A DNA stretch of 64,000 nucleotides, taken from a virus. The DNA lies in IMG/VR virus record IMGVR_UViG_3300020439_000005, positions 16,698 to 80,697 of that record; one strand, 5' to 3'. Both the position numbers and the translations under genes were made by a program. Numbering within the stretch: position 1 is the stretch's first letter; each line of letters starts with the position of its first letter. Positions 19,741-29,589 of this stretch are shown here, piece by piece. The notes under the pieces are model-generated. The model saw nothing but the letters and a program-made list of their open reading frames with translations, was not told the origin of the DNA and searched no databases.

Positions 19741-21071
19741 AGTCCAACCCTCGAATTATTACCTAGAGGATGAGGAGACTTTGAGGCGTCCCTTAGTATT
19801 CCCTCGACTTGAGTTGTTATGTCGTTCCAATCGAAGTTTTCGAGTGCAAACTCTCTTGCGTTCTTGCTCATGGTCTGACGCAGTTCCGTATCTAGCGAGA
19901 TGTCTAACATGGCTTGTGCCTGTTTCACAACGTCGACCAAACCCATGTTTACTCCCCACTTTGGTCCTGTGATGAATGTCGAACATGGAATTAGGAATCC
20001 TCTTTCGTTATCGCCAATCAATTCCGGTCCTGTCGAGTTATCGGGTAGGATGCAAGGTAGGCCGCAAGCCATGGCTTCGGCAGTTGGAATGCCAAATCCT
20101 TCTCCACCTGTTGCTAGTATGTGTACGTCCGATAATTGGTACAATGCGGCCATTTGCTCGGTCGATAACCCATGTAAAGGATTAGCAGAGGAGTCACTAA
20201 ACATGACGTTCTCTCGTAGTCCTAGTTGCTCGACTAGGACAGGCAAGTCCCAACCACCCATGCCGTAGGAATCAGTTGGGTCTCCACAATGAATAATCAG
20301 ACCCACCGATGATGGGTCGGGATGACGGTCTAGCATAAGTCGGAACGATTCTAACAATCGAGGTTGCTGTTTCCTATTTGTGTTCTTACCTACGGATAGG
20401 AATACAAACTCCCAAGGTATGTTCATTTGCTGTCGCATCAAAAGTTTGTCTGCAACTGAAATAGGTTTGAATGTCTTGAGTTCAACACCATGATACAATA
20501 CGTCTCCATAGTTCTCATTGTATCTGTCTAACATAGGGTCTCTGAGAGATTCGGGAGCGGTTCCTTCGCTACCTAGCCAATTGATGTATGACTCGAATTG
20601 CTCACGACCATAGTTAGCCATCCATAGGGGCGTGTGTAGCAGTTTGAATATGTCCTTCCACTTGTATGATAGGGGATAGCCGTCAACGGGCATATACGCA
20701 ACGTATGGGGTGCCTCTGAGGTTAGTTGCTATTACGTTCTTACCTATGAACCAAGGGTCGATTAGGCTAATCACAACGTCCGGCTTTAGGCGGTCAATCG
20801 TGGCACCAATAACAGTCTCTCCGTCTTGATTGAGTTTCTCTCCTCCGAACTCACCTATTCCGGCGTGTACCATAGTCCAACCTTCGGGGTGTTTGAAGTC
20901 CTCTCCGTTGTAGTCCCACCCCATGACGTACACTTCATGGCCTCTCTTGACTAATCTCTTGCAGATGGCTCTAGTGACTACGGCGTACCCTGTCGGTCGT
21001 GTGGGTTGCTCACTCATCCATAGAATCTTCAATCGCTTGCCCTTGGGTTTTGACTTTCGCTTCTTCCCCAT
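19737..21071 (-). CDS. Glycosyltransferase, GT4 (GT-B fold)
   Basis: PTGYAVV, VGKNTNRKQ, EGFGIPTAEAMACGLP signature. Confidence 0.92.
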   Translation of the reverse strand: MGKKRKSKPKGKRLKILWMSEQPTRPTGYAVVTRAICKRLVKRGHEVYVMGWDYNGEDFKHPEGWTMVHAGIGEFGGEKLNQDGETVIGATIDRLKPDVVISLIDPWFIGKNVIATNLRGTPYVAYMPVDGYPLSYKWKDIFKLLHTPLWMANYGREQFESYINWLGSEGTAPESLRDPMLDRYNENYGDVLYHGVELKTFKPISVADKLLMRQQMNIPWEFVFLSVGKNTNRKQQPRLLESFRLMLDRHPDPSSVGLIIHCGDPTDSYGMGGWDLPVLVEQLGLRENVMFSDSSANPLHGLSTEQMAALYQLSDVHILATGGEGFGIPTAEAMACGLPCILPDNSTGPELIGDNERGFLIPCSTFITGPKWGVNMGLVDVVKQAQAMLDISLDTELRQTMSKNAREFALENFDWNDITTQVEGILRDASKSPHPLGNNSRVGL

Positions 21072-21127
21072 GAGTTAATGCGGGAAGTGACGGGTTTTGA
21101 ACCAATCGCTCGAACTTAAGATTCGGC

Positions 21128-21517
21128 TTAGATAACAAAACGAGACCTAAGCGTCGCCGTAGGTCGAGAGTCTAGCCCGTGTTGCAGAGTTCCCGAGCCA
21201 CCGAATGTCTTGTACTTCTCATCATCAAGCAAAAGTCGATTTCCACTTGTAGTTAGTTTGGGTGTTATCGAGTCACTTTGGTCAGTCGACCAACCGGCTC
21301 TAATTACACCAACCAAGCCCGGTCTAGTCGATAGCACGTTTGTACCACTAATTGCATACTTAGCAGTAGGTGTGCCAACTCCTGTGCCGTCTAGGAAGTC
21401 AGAGAGGCTGTCGATTAGAGTCTCGGCAGTCGAGGTCTCTGAGGACCACGTAGCGAGACCATACCATACGGGATTACGGAATATCAGTCGAATAGTCTCG
21501 TACCGTTGACGTTCCAT
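21128..21517 (-). CDS. Hypothetical protein
   Basis: Closely packed ORF in the minus-strand operon. Confidence 0.55.
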   Translation of the reverse strand: MERQRYETIRLIFRNPVWYGLATWSSETSTAETLIDSLSDFLDGTGVGTPTAKYAISGTNVLSTRPGLVGVIRAGWSTDQSDSITPKLTTSGNRLLLDDEKYKTFGGSGTLQHGLDSRPTATLRSRFVI

Positions 21518-21520
21518 GTG

Positions 21521-21859
21521 CTATGAATAGCGATTCGGTTTAATTGAATAGTCCTTGAGAAAGATTGACTTAGGTTTACTCTGAGATGGTTTACGTTGTG
21601 TTTGAGAGTCAACTAGATTCGTTCTTATGAAGATGCGATACCACTTGTCGTAATTATTCCAAGCGTCTCCATACTTCTCTTTGAGATACTCGTCCCACCC
21701 TTTGAGAGTCGGGTCTAACTTCTTGCACTTAGGACAGGCTTTGATTTCATGTAAATGCCTTTCAGTAGCAACGTACTTCTCGGGCCAACCTTTCTTTTCA
21801 GTACCGCATAGGTACTTGTATTGACTACTGTCTCTATGCAACAAAGGAGCCTTCGGCAT
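21521..21859 (-). CDS. Hypothetical Zn-binding protein
   Basis: H...LCG...CPKC; coupled to upstream ORF. Confidence 0.55.
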   Translation of the reverse strand: MPKAPLLHRDSSQYKYLCGTEKKGWPEKYVATERHLHEIKACPKCKKLDPTLKGWDEYLKEKYGDAWNNYDKWYRIFIRTNLVDSQTQRKPSQSKPKSIFLKDYSIKPNRYS

Positions 21860-22203
21860 TACAACGCCTCATGTCCTTCGGGAAGATGCTTGACCCTGCG
21901 GTCTTGCATGTTCTCTAGTAGTTTGCATATTTGGGCTGATGCTTTGTCGAAGCGGTCTTGACTATGCTTGTCTGTGACTAAGTCACGCTTCACGTCTGTT
22001 AGGTCTATTGAAGTGAGAATGTGTTGTAGTATTTCCCACTCGGCATGTTTGATACTTGCGGCTCTCATACACCTAAGAGGGGCTTTGTGTATTTCAACCT
22101 TTAGTACATTTTTCTTCTGCCTTGTTGCTTCGCAGTCTCCATTCTGTGATGATTGGCACAGAGAGGGCGGCACTTGGCTACTTCTTCCATGATGCGCTTC
22201 CAA
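21859..22203 (-). CDS. Hypothetical protein (true start probably near 22100)
   Basis: ORF overlaps the HNH gene at its annotated N-terminus. Confidence 0.45.
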   Translation of the reverse strand: MEAHHGRSSQVPPSLCQSSQNGDCEATRQKKNVLKVEIHKAPLRCMRAASIKHAEWEILQHILTSIDLTDVKRDLVTDKHSQDRFDKASAQICKLLENMQDRRVKHLPEGHEAL

Positions 22204-22463
22204 CTGTACCCATTAGCCACCATCTCAGAGATTGCGAACTCCTTTGTATTGGGGTCTAAATGATGGAAGTCGATGACGTCGGGGTCTCCCTTGAACCCAC
22301 ATACGTCACACGCTACTTGTGACTTGTACTGTGCCCATTTGTACCTAATTTGGGCCTTCCTTTCCTTCACACGTTTACGGTGATAATCTCGGTTCCTATG
22401 GTAGTATGCCTTCTGATACTCCCTATTGTATGCCCTGCGTTTAGCGGGGTCCTTGTAAGGCAT
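22101..22463 (-). CDS. HNH endonuclease
   Basis: CDVCG...DFHH...CRPLCANHH; GTTAATACCC promoter upstream. Confidence 0.85.
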   Translation of the reverse strand: MPYKDPAKRRAYNREYQKAYYHRNRDYHRKRVKERKAQIRYKWAQYKSQVACDVCGFKGDPDVIDFHHLDPNTKEFAISEMVANGYSWKRIMEEVAKCRPLCANHHRMETAKQQGRRKMY

Positions 22464-22489
22464 TGAACCGTCAGTCGAATAGGAGGGTA

Positions 22490-22867
22490 TTAACTGTGCT
22501 TTTCTTTGTACTCATCAGAGGCTAGTAATGTGTCTAGCATTCCTTGGCGAGTAAGACTACCTAGAGGGTTGATTGCTCGTAGGTAGTGCTTCCTACCACC
22601 TATGTCCGCCTCTCTGCCTAGGATGGCTTGATAAGCGGCTTCTACGAAGTCCTCTGCGGACATAGCCATTGGGTCTGTGTTGGGGAGATTCATGTTGCCT
22701 TTCGAGACTTTGACTTTCTCCTCAACAACTTCTTCGGTAGTCTCCTCAGAATATAGGTGGTCATTGATTCTTTCAATCAAGACGGACTTAGTACCGTTAG
22801 TCTTCAGACCATGCTCCTCGCATAGTGATATTAGTTCGGCTTTCAATAGAGACGAAAGGTCATCCAT
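22490..22867 (-). CDS. SAP-domain protein with C-terminal DUF4214-like helical domain
   Basis: LKAELISLCEEHGLKTNGTKSVLIERI (SAP); FVEAAYQAILGREADIGG...LLASDEY. Confidence 0.75.
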   Translation of the reverse strand: MDDLSSLLKAELISLCEEHGLKTNGTKSVLIERINDHLYSEETTEEVVEEKVKVSKGNMNLPNTDPMAMSAEDFVEAAYQAILGREADIGGRKHYLRAINPLGSLTRQGMLDTLLASDEYKEKHS

Positions 22868-22900
22868 ACAAAAGCCTCGGTGATTCGTGGTTTATGACTA

Positions 22901-23293
22901 TCACGGTTCAAGACCGCCGTAGTTCAGTAGTTTTACCGTACCGTTTGCTAAGGCGTCCCGTAGAGTTATACTATCGCAGACTTCAGACTCGTAGTAGGTC
23001 CCATTCGGAATTGTGAGATACATTAGACGGGAACCTGCGATTTCTGCTAAGTATGGTGTTTCATTATCGACCGTTCCATTGATTAGAAATAGATAATAGA
23101 AATCATCTCCTTCAATGTATATCCGTTTGTCTTCAACTGTACCACCAACCCAATAGCATTCTCCATCGAGCCATGGGAAGTGAGCGGTTGGGTATGTGGC
23201 AGGGGACGTTATCACGAATCCCATAGAAAAGGTACTAACGAATACCATTAGCACTACGGCAAGGGGCATCCCTCGACCCACCTTTTCAGACAC
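22901..23293 (-). CDS. Membrane-anchored hypothetical protein
   Basis: N-terminal hydrophobic helix; NGT sequons. Confidence 0.55.
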   Translation of the reverse strand: MSEKVGRGMPLAVVLMVFVSTFSMGFVITSPATYPTAHFPWLDGECYWVGGTVEDKRIYIEGDDFYYLFLINGTVDNETPYLAEIAGSRLMYLTIPNGTYYESEVCDSITLRDALANGTVKLLNYGGLEP

Positions 23294-23339
23294 AAACCGC
23301 CGAGTGTTTGGTGGTTTATGCCTGTGAGTTTTGAACCGC

Positions 23340-23678
23340 TCAAACTGCTTCGACTTCGGTTATACCGTGAACGGCTCTGTAAACCCACTCTGATACGCAG
23401 ATTGCGTCGCAACCACTTCCGATTCCTTGGTGAACGATTATGTTCTCCTGTCCGTATGTGTCGTGCAATTCGTCAGCAGTAAGTCCGACTCCTAGGCCAT
23501 ATACCCCATAGAAGCCTCTAGGTCCTACTCCGTTCTCGTCGTTTAGGTCGTGGCGGTTGCCATTGTATGAACCCAATAGAGGGACTGTAATGTGGTCAAA
23601 CCACCCTAGGAATACGAATGATTCCGAATAGTTGTGTCCGATTGAGCGTAGTATTTGGTCTGTCGTTAGTGTGGTCAT
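23340..23678 (-). CDS. Hypothetical protein
   Basis: ORF with CACAAAAC-class promoter at 23713-23735. Confidence 0.6.
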   Translation of the reverse strand: MTTLTTDQILRSIGHNYSESFVFLGWFDHITVPLLGSYNGNRHDLNDENGVGPRGFYGVYGLGVGLTADELHDTYGQENIIVHQGIGSGCDAICVSEWVYRAVHGITEVEAV

Positions 23679-23737
23679 GTTGGTTGTCTCCGCTTTATGG
23701 GAGCAAGCATGACTATATGAATGTATTGTTTTGTGAA

Positions 23738-24248
23738 CTACTCATTCCAACGAACCATTACGGTGTGCTGAGATTGGTAGCCGATGCAATCACCCTCTGC
23801 ATCTCCACCCATTCCTTTCTTCGGCGACATCATATCGACGGCTTTCGTTTCTTCAGAACGAACCACTTTGATGAAATGGTAAGGAGTTCCGTCAACTCCC
23901 TCACCTGTTAAGTCCGGTCGGGTGAGTGACCCTTTGTTCATGAGAGCGGTAAACACACGATACAACTTCCAATGCTTCGCTCGGGTATCGGCATAAAGTG
24001 TGACTATCATGAATTGAGTTCCTCGCCTAGGCATAGTATCGCTATCACCTGCAAGATGAGTGTCTTCGGCCATACCATAACCCGGCATGATTGAGATTTG
24101 GAATGTCTTTTGTTGCTTGAAGTTGAGCCACCCTGTATTGACTACGACAGTCCATGAGCCGTCGGGTGAATCCATGTGGTCCGTGATTAGGGTCGAGAGC
24201 ATTGTATGAGGGTCCGTAGTTGGTACTCCTGTATCAGCAATCGCCATT
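23738..24248 (-). CDS. Tail terminator / completion protein (putative)
   Basis: Position after the adaptor; size and alternating helix/strand pattern; start taken at MAIADTG. Confidence 0.5.
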
Positions 24249-24324
24249 GAATATGTCCTCCAAACATTTAGTGAACATTCGACACGTACTGTAAGCACGT
24301 GGAGTCTCTATGACTCGTATCGTC

Positions 24325-24972
24325 TTAATAGTAGTAGTGCGGTCTTTTGGCTTTGTATTGACCATACGACGCTACCTCCACTAATCCCATTTGTTTGACC
24401 CGCTCAAGCATCTCCATGTACTCCTTTTCAGTAGTAGCGAGAAGGGGTCTCCAAAACTCCTTCATTCGCTCGGTGCAGTTCTCGTCGTTGAGAGCCGCTC
24501 TCGCACATTGACGGACGACTAACATAATAGTTGCCATCTTAGCCTCGATAGGAGCCGAAGTCTCTCCATAGGTATATGTGACCTTTACATATTGCCTCAG
24601 AGATTCAGCCCACGGAGCGTGGAAGCGAATAATACCTGCCTCTGCATCTTCAAGCCACCAATCATGGCTAGCCCGATTACGTCCTTCATTTAATGTGGTT
24701 TCATTACCGGAACTATCGAGTGTGACTACTGATGATACAGATACGACAGGACGTTTACTGAGGCTAAGATGGTTAAGTGCGTAGTCAACGTCAAAATGTT
24801 CTGTTGCCGACGTAGTACCGGCTAACTGCCGACCTGCGTACGCATCAATCATTCTTGACGCATTGGTTATCATCGTCGCTATCTGAGCGTCGGTTGGACC
24901 GATACCGTCAGAGAAGTTTACCCCTGCGTATATCTCCACGTCTTCTAGTGTACAGTAGTCTACTGCGGCCAT
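24325..24972 (-). CDS. Head-tail adaptor (HK97 gp6-like, extended)
   Basis: YCTLEDV...ASRMIDAYAGR...RPVVSVSSV...VKVTYTYG...P..AKMA; follows the capsid gene. Confidence 0.85.
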   Translation of the reverse strand: MAAVDYCTLEDVEIYAGVNFSDGIGPTDAQIATMITNASRMIDAYAGRQLAGTTSATEHFDVDYALNHLSLSKRPVVSVSSVVTLDSSGNETTLNEGRNRASHDWWLEDAEAGIIRFHAPWAESLRQYVKVTYTYGETSAPIEAKMATIMLVVRQCARAALNDENCTERMKEFWRPLLATTEKEYMEMLERVKQMGLVEVASYGQYKAKRPHYYY

Positions 24973-24991
24973 AGAGATACCTCACGCTAAG

Positions 24992-25003
24992 TGGGTATTA
25001 ACG
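24992..25003 (-). promoter_or_regulatory. Class B (late) promoter GTNAWWAMCC-like (representative)
   Basis: Similar words ~20-27 nt upstream of the tail tube, GT4, HNH, SAP, adaptor, protease, portal and terminase starts. Confidence 0.65.
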
Positions 25004-25008
25004 GAGTC

Positions 25009-25041
25009 GTAGGGAAGGGGCGTTAGCCCCTATCCCCTGCG
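25009..25041 (-). terminator. GC-rich hairpin after the major capsid gene
   Basis: gtagggaagggg-cgttag-cccctatcccctgc imperfect inverted repeat. Confidence 0.45.
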
Positions 25042-25056
25042 TCCCACCGTTCAGTC

Positions 25057-26124
25057 TCAGACTGTGTTTATACCAACAAGTTCGCAGATTGCTTCGCCGT
25101 ATCGGACTGCAAATGCTACGTCTTGCTTTGGTATTAGTACGAATCTGTCCTTGGTAGGTTCATCGTAGAATCCGATGGAGAACCTTCTCTCAGCCACAGT
25201 TGAGTTGCCGACTAATGGGCTTCTCACGTGTGTTAGAATTGCTGATGTGTAGGTGTCGCTTGAACCTGCGTCGGATGTACCGTCTACTGCTTGATTAACA
25301 GGGATAACTCCTGTTGCGTAAACTCTGATACCGTAGATTCTACCGATTTCTCCGTTTAGGATAGTAGCGGCAGGTCCGTACTTGTCGACGGTCTGCAACT
25401 CAGTTAGACCGAGTAGTTGAACCTCAAGGTTTCGTGGAACGATGAATGCTAGGTCTTCCCTGTTGTCTGCGTAGACACCTAGGTTAGAGATAGCAGTTCG
25501 GAGATTGCTTAGAGCGAATGTTCCGCTAACAGTCACGTCAGATGCGGCGGCAGACTTTCTGATACCATCAAAGGATAGAAGGTAGTCGTTCTTTTCTGAA
25601 CCGCTAGTGGTTGAAATACCACCTGTGTTAGTTGAAGCGTTGTAAGCACCCATGATGTTGTCGGCAAGAGTTGATTCTGTGTCTGCGTTAAGGAACAAGT
25701 TTGCCTCATTGAAGGCTAGTCTGCTTGCTATGTCTTCACGTAGAACAGACAACAATCCTTCCACACCGTATGCTACTAGGTAGTTTCCGATTGGAATGTT
25801 TGCCATCATGGTCTTTAGTTCCAAACTAATTTCGTTTGTAGTCTGTCGGCTCTCGGTTGGAGAGTCGCCGGACTCTGTGTTGGTCAAAGTTTGGCGGTGG
25901 AAATCAATGCTACCTGTTAACTTTGGAACCTTTACGATTCTTCGGCTCATAGGCATGGCAGGGAGAAGACTTCGCATGAAGTTTCTCTCGTAAACCAATT
26001 CAATGATTTCTTCGGCGGTCTCGGTTGGTAGGAACGTCGCACCTGTGGAGGAAGCGGCACCTGCTAGTGCGGCTTTCACACGCTCGACGACGTCCGTAAA
26101 CTCTATTGTATCACTATCAGTCAT
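25057..26124 (-). CDS. Major capsid protein (HK97 fold)
   Basis: FLPTETAEEII, FLNAD, FDGIRK, GEIGRIYGIRV; follows the protease/scaffold gene. Confidence 0.92.
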   Translation of the reverse strand: MTDSDTIEFTDVVERVKAALAGAASSTGATFLPTETAEEIIELVYERNFMRSLLPAMPMSRRIVKVPKLTGSIDFHRQTLTNTESGDSPTESRQTTNEISLELKTMMANIPIGNYLVAYGVEGLLSVLREDIASRLAFNEANLFLNADTESTLADNIMGAYNASTNTGGISTTSGSEKNDYLLSFDGIRKSAAASDVTVSGTFALSNLRTAISNLGVYADNREDLAFIVPRNLEVQLLGLTELQTVDKYGPAATILNGEIGRIYGIRVYATGVIPVNQAVDGTSDAGSSDTYTSAILTHVRSPLVGNSTVAERRFSIGFYDEPTKDRFVLIPKQDVAFAVRYGEAICELVGINTV

Positions 26125-26150
26125 TTTCTTTCACTTCCATTTTTTAGGTC

Positions 26151-26825
26151 TCAGACCCCTTTCCTCTCAGACAAACGGGCTTCAAGCCAACCTGCTAGGC
26201 CAGCCATCCCATCAGTCACCTGTGGTTGTGGGTCGAGTTTGGTCACTCCCGTTTTCACTTTGGGGGTGGTTGATGCGGCGGAGAGTGATTTTCTCTCTGC
26301 CTTTGGTGTAGCGATAGGTGCATCACCTACACGCTCTGCGATTCTCTTAGCGACTTCAGCCTCAATCTCCGCTTCTTGCTCTGCGGCGGCTTTCTCCTCG
26401 GTAAGAGATTGAATGGTTGCGTCTCTCTCATTGAGAGCGGCTTTGAGTTCTTCTGTCTCATCTATACGTGCGGACATAGACTGAATGGATGCGTCCATGT
26501 CTGTTAGAGACTTTACGACCTGCATTAGAACTTCAACAGTTGAAGGAAGGGCGTCTTTTTCTTCGACTTCTTCCTCAGCGTCGTCTTCGACTGCTTCGTC
26601 TTCGACTTCTTCTTCGACTTCTTCCTCGGCTTCTTCCTCAACTAATTCGTCTTCGGCTTCTTCCTCAGCGTCGTCTTCGAGTGCTTCTTCGTCTTCTGCT
26701 TCATCCTCAGACTTGACTTGCACGTCTTCCATAACAGGAGTAGTCTCAGGAACCTCATCTGCTTCCTCAAGGAGTGTCTTCTCCTCGATTTCTTCGGTGG
26801 TGTTCTCAATGTCCTCGGTGGTCAT
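26151..26825 (-). CDS. Putative separately expressed scaffold protein (in-frame internal start MTTEDIE)
   Basis: Late-type promoter CCGTTAATACCC at 26849-26860 sits ~24 nt upstream of an in-frame ATG. Confidence 0.6.
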   Translation of the reverse strand: MTTEDIENTTEEIEEKTLLEEADEVPETTPVMEDVQVKSEDEAEDEEALEDDAEEEAEDELVEEEAEEEVEEEVEDEAVEDDAEEEVEEKDALPSTVEVLMQVVKSLTDMDASIQSMSARIDETEELKAALNERDATIQSLTEEKAAAEQEAEIEAEVAKRIAERVGDAPIATPKAERKSLSAASTTPKVKTGVTKLDPQPQVTDGMAGLAGWLEARLSERKGV

Positions 26826-27815
26826 TGTCTTCTCCGATGACGAGAGGGGGGTATTAACGGATTCGCTTAGGTTGCCCTTTTGTTCGAGAGCCTCGAATGT
26901 TGCTTCAATCAAACTTAATCTATCCAAAATCTGCGATAGTGCGTCCCTCATCTTCTCATCTTCCTCATCATGATAACCCATGTCTTCGTGCTTTGCGAAG
27001 GTCAAGTAGTAATTCTCCTCATCTTCCTCGATTGCTGAAATGTGCTTCTCCTCAACTTCGACAGTTTTCTTATCACCGCAAGTGCAACTCGAACCACCGT
27101 CACATGACTTCTCCTCACTACGTAGCACCGTAGCATGGACCTTGGGTTCTACCTCGAAGTTTCCGTATCGGTTTGAGTCGTAAACTTCGTCGATGCTGAA
27201 ATCGACATTGGCTATGTCGGATGATAGCAAAGACTTCTCGACGGAGAATAATGCTCCGGGCGACGCAGGTACGTCAACTACCGAAGTCTCTAGCCACTCA
27301 ATCTCTGTGAACTTCATGTAGCATGAATCTTCATCCTTGCATTCTTTCACGGCGGCTTTTGCTATGAATCCAATTGAGAATGCCCTTAGCATTCCCTTCT
27401 GTATCTTGCGAGTTATGTCCTTCTCGCCACTATCAATACGTGCGACGCCTATGGGTACAGAGACAGTTGAGCCATCGGGCTTCTTGAACGAACCCATGCT
27501 AACATCTTCCATCACACCTATGACTCCGTATGTCTTAGAGTGGTTGTACAAAATTACAGGGTTCTTTCTGTACCCTTCCCATGCTTCTATGATTGCGTCG
27601 TTATCCACCAACTCATTATGTCTGTCTAGCATGTCGTCGTCTCCGACGTAGACAGGACCTTTGATTCGTACATCGGAGTCTTCGTCCTTTGTTGCTGACT
27701 TCATAGTCACGAATGGAGTCTCGACTCTGTACAGAATAACGGCTTCTGATTCGTCGCCCTCTAGTGAATCAAACAGTCGATGGTCACGGATGAGCGTTGC
27801 TGATAGCGTGTCCAT
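26151..27815 (-). CDS. Prohead protease fused to acidic scaffold domain
   Basis: NPVILYNH, GMLRAFSIGF, LETSVVDVPASP (HK97 protease); E/D-rich coiled-coil C-terminus. Confidence 0.92.
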   Translation of the reverse strand: MDTLSATLIRDHRLFDSLEGDESEAVILYRVETPFVTMKSATKDEDSDVRIKGPVYVGDDDMLDRHNELVDNDAIIEAWEGYRKNPVILYNHSKTYGVIGVMEDVSMGSFKKPDGSTVSVPIGVARIDSGEKDITRKIQKGMLRAFSIGFIAKAAVKECKDEDSCYMKFTEIEWLETSVVDVPASPGALFSVEKSLLSSDIANVDFSIDEVYDSNRYGNFEVEPKVHATVLRSEEKSCDGGSSCTCGDKKTVEVEEKHISAIEEDEENYYLTFAKHEDMGYHDEEDEKMRDALSQILDRLSLIEATFEALEQKGNLSESVNTPLSSSEKTMTTEDIENTTEEIEEKTLLEEADEVPETTPVMEDVQVKSEDEAEDEEALEDDAEEEAEDELVEEEAEEEVEEEVEDEAVEDDAEEEVEEKDALPSTVEVLMQVVKSLTDMDASIQSMSARIDETEELKAALNERDATIQSLTEEKAAAEQEAEIEAEVAKRIAERVGDAPIATPKAERKSLSAASTTPKVKTGVTKLDPQPQVTDGMAGLAGWLEARLSERKGV

Positions 27816-27854
27816 ATCAGCCCACTTCGTAAGATGTGGTTAATGACTGTTAAG

Positions 27855-28013
27855 TTAGCCGATGAAACCATTAGAGAAGCAGTCTTCGCAGACTAAGACC
27901 CCAAACCAACGTCCATTAACAAGTGATTTCTTTCTGAAAATTGCTAGTCTATTGGAGCCGCATGTACATGACGCTTCTCCGTTTTCATTCCACGTGATTT
28001 CGTTTTCGCCCAT
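27855..28013 (-). CDS. 52-aa Zn-ribbon microprotein (not in ORF track)
   Basis: MGENEITWNENGEASCTCGS...LVCEDCF; CACAAAAC-class promoter 21 nt upstream. Confidence 0.65.
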   Translation of the reverse strand: MGENEITWNENGEASCTCGSNRLAIFRKKSLVNGRWFGVLVCEDCFSNGFIG

Positions 28014-28042
28014 GACCTTCCGAAGAAGTTGTACTATATGAA

Positions 28043-29161
28043 TTATTCGTTTTGTGATTTACGAAGTCTTGCTTTCTCGTCGGAGATTACTTTTCTCATG
28101 TGCGATAGTCCACGGCTACCGACCATGAGCCACTTAACCTGTGCAACCACACCTGCTAGCCTATGGTCTCGATAGTGTCGGGCCGACCACGCTTCTCTGA
28201 GACGAACTGCCTTCTCATCTGTTGGAGTTTTGACTTCTCCCATTTGCCTATGAACTTTCGATAATCGAGTAAATTGTGTATTACCTAGAATGTTCCCACC
28301 CTTTCTCCATATCTGAGGCCATTCCTCTTTCAACTTCTCAGCCTCGGCAAGAGGGAATTGGTCATACTCAGAATTACGTAGACTGACTTTTTTATTGTCT
28401 CCTCTCTTTGGGAAGTTAGTCACATGGCTAGACTTTTCTTTGTCTGCACATGAAGTCTCACACATCGAGCGAGCGACTGCTATTGCTTGGTCTCTTTCGT
28501 ACCCATCTTCGTCAATGAGTTCACCTATCTTACGACTGACGCATTCATCATAGGTCTCTGTTGCCTGTCTACATTTTGGACCCTTCTCAACTTTCTTCGA
28601 CTTACTAGACTGAGGGTGTCCGGCAGGTAGTAGGTCGGTGTCGTGCTTACCACCACGGAACCTTCCGTTCCTTAGAGCATAGAGAAAACTGTTTACCCTA
28701 GCGTAGGCCCATTGTTCAGCCGAAGTGACGGTTGGTCGGACACTACCCGGATTCGTCTGATACGCCCCAACTCCCCGGTCGAAGACGGCACTCAACGTAC
28801 GTACGTTGGTTCTCTTGCTCGCCACGTTGCCGACATCGGCGTTATGTTTCTCCGCTTTCTCCTTGAGGACTTTCTTTACTGCGGCACTTGCTTTCTCCTC
28901 ACCTTTAGTCTCGGGCTTCTTGATTTTCCGTAGCATCTTCCTCCTCACCGCTACGTTCCTATCGCTACGGGTGTACGTACCATCTTCGTTATTGATGTAA
29001 ACACGAACGATACCAACCTGTTCTGTTTGAGAAGCCTCGATAGTTTCGGTACCACCACTAGAAGTCACGACTTGGTGTTTACCTGCATTATTCATGCTGA
29101 CTAATGAGCCAACGTAGCGTCCTTTTCTCGTCGCCCAACTTACGAAGTCACCTGCATTCAT
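28043..29161 (-). CDS. Multidomain basic protein in the head operon
   Basis: N-terminal SH3/KOW-like (GDFVSW), central RGVGAY...RP....QWAYARVNSF domain that recurs in viral head modules. Confidence 0.55.
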   Translation of the reverse strand: MNAGDFVSWATRKGRYVGSLVSMNNAGKHQVVTSSGGTETIEASQTEQVGIVRVYINNEDGTYTRSDRNVAVRRKMLRKIKKPETKGEEKASAAVKKVLKEKAEKHNADVGNVASKRTNVRTLSAVFDRGVGAYQTNPGSVRPTVTSAEQWAYARVNSFLYALRNGRFRGGKHDTDLLPAGHPQSSKSKKVEKGPKCRQATETYDECVSRKIGELIDEDGYERDQAIAVARSMCETSCADKEKSSHVTNFPKRGDNKKVSLRNSEYDQFPLAEAEKLKEEWPQIWRKGGNILGNTQFTRLSKVHRQMGEVKTPTDEKAVRLREAWSARHYRDHRLAGVVAQVKWLMVGSRGLSHMRKVISDEKARLRKSQNE

Positions 29162-29589
29162 GGTATGTACACCTTCCTTATTCTTTTTCTTAATGCTAGA
29201 GTCATCTGTCCTTTGCCCGAGAGTGCTTTTGTTTTCATTCTCAAATGAGTTTGGAATACGGCAGTACGTAGGTACGCTCTAGGAGGGAAGGGAGCGAAGT
29301 CAGTTCGACCATACTCCACGACACCTGCATACTGAACATTGAGATTACCATATCGGACTTCTTTTGCTCGACGGTATTTGCTGATTGCCCGTCTCGACAT
29401 AACGATGCGGCCCGACGCCTTTAGTGCCCCTGTCTGTACAGGCACTAGATGTTGAGAGCGTTTGAGAATCTCCTTTGCTATCTTATCGGTAAAAGGTTCG
29501 CTAAAGTCTTCATTGATAGAAGCCGAGAGCATCTCGAAGTCTTTGGCGGCCTTCCACATTCCGGTTTCGACTTTTGCATACTTTCTCAT
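29158..29589 (-). CDS. HK97 gp10-like tail completion/neck protein
   Basis: LVPVQTGALKAS...YAGVVEYG...PRAYLR signature. Confidence 0.8.
   Translation of the reverse strand: MRKYAKVETGMWKAAKDFEMLSASINEDFSEPFTDKIAKEILKRSQHLVPVQTGALKASGRIVMSRRAISKYRRAKEVRYGNLNVQYAGVVEYGRTDFAPFPPRAYLRTAVFQTHLRMKTKALSGKGQMTLALRKRIRKVYIP

Noticed and set aside
22101-22463. HNH gene as intron-encoded or mobile homing element
   Set aside because: Free-standing with its own late-type promoter; no interrupted host gene seen.
26485-26973. Ser-rich plus-strand ORF (also 38938..39228)
   Set aside because: Antisense shadows of Glu/Asp-rich coding regions.
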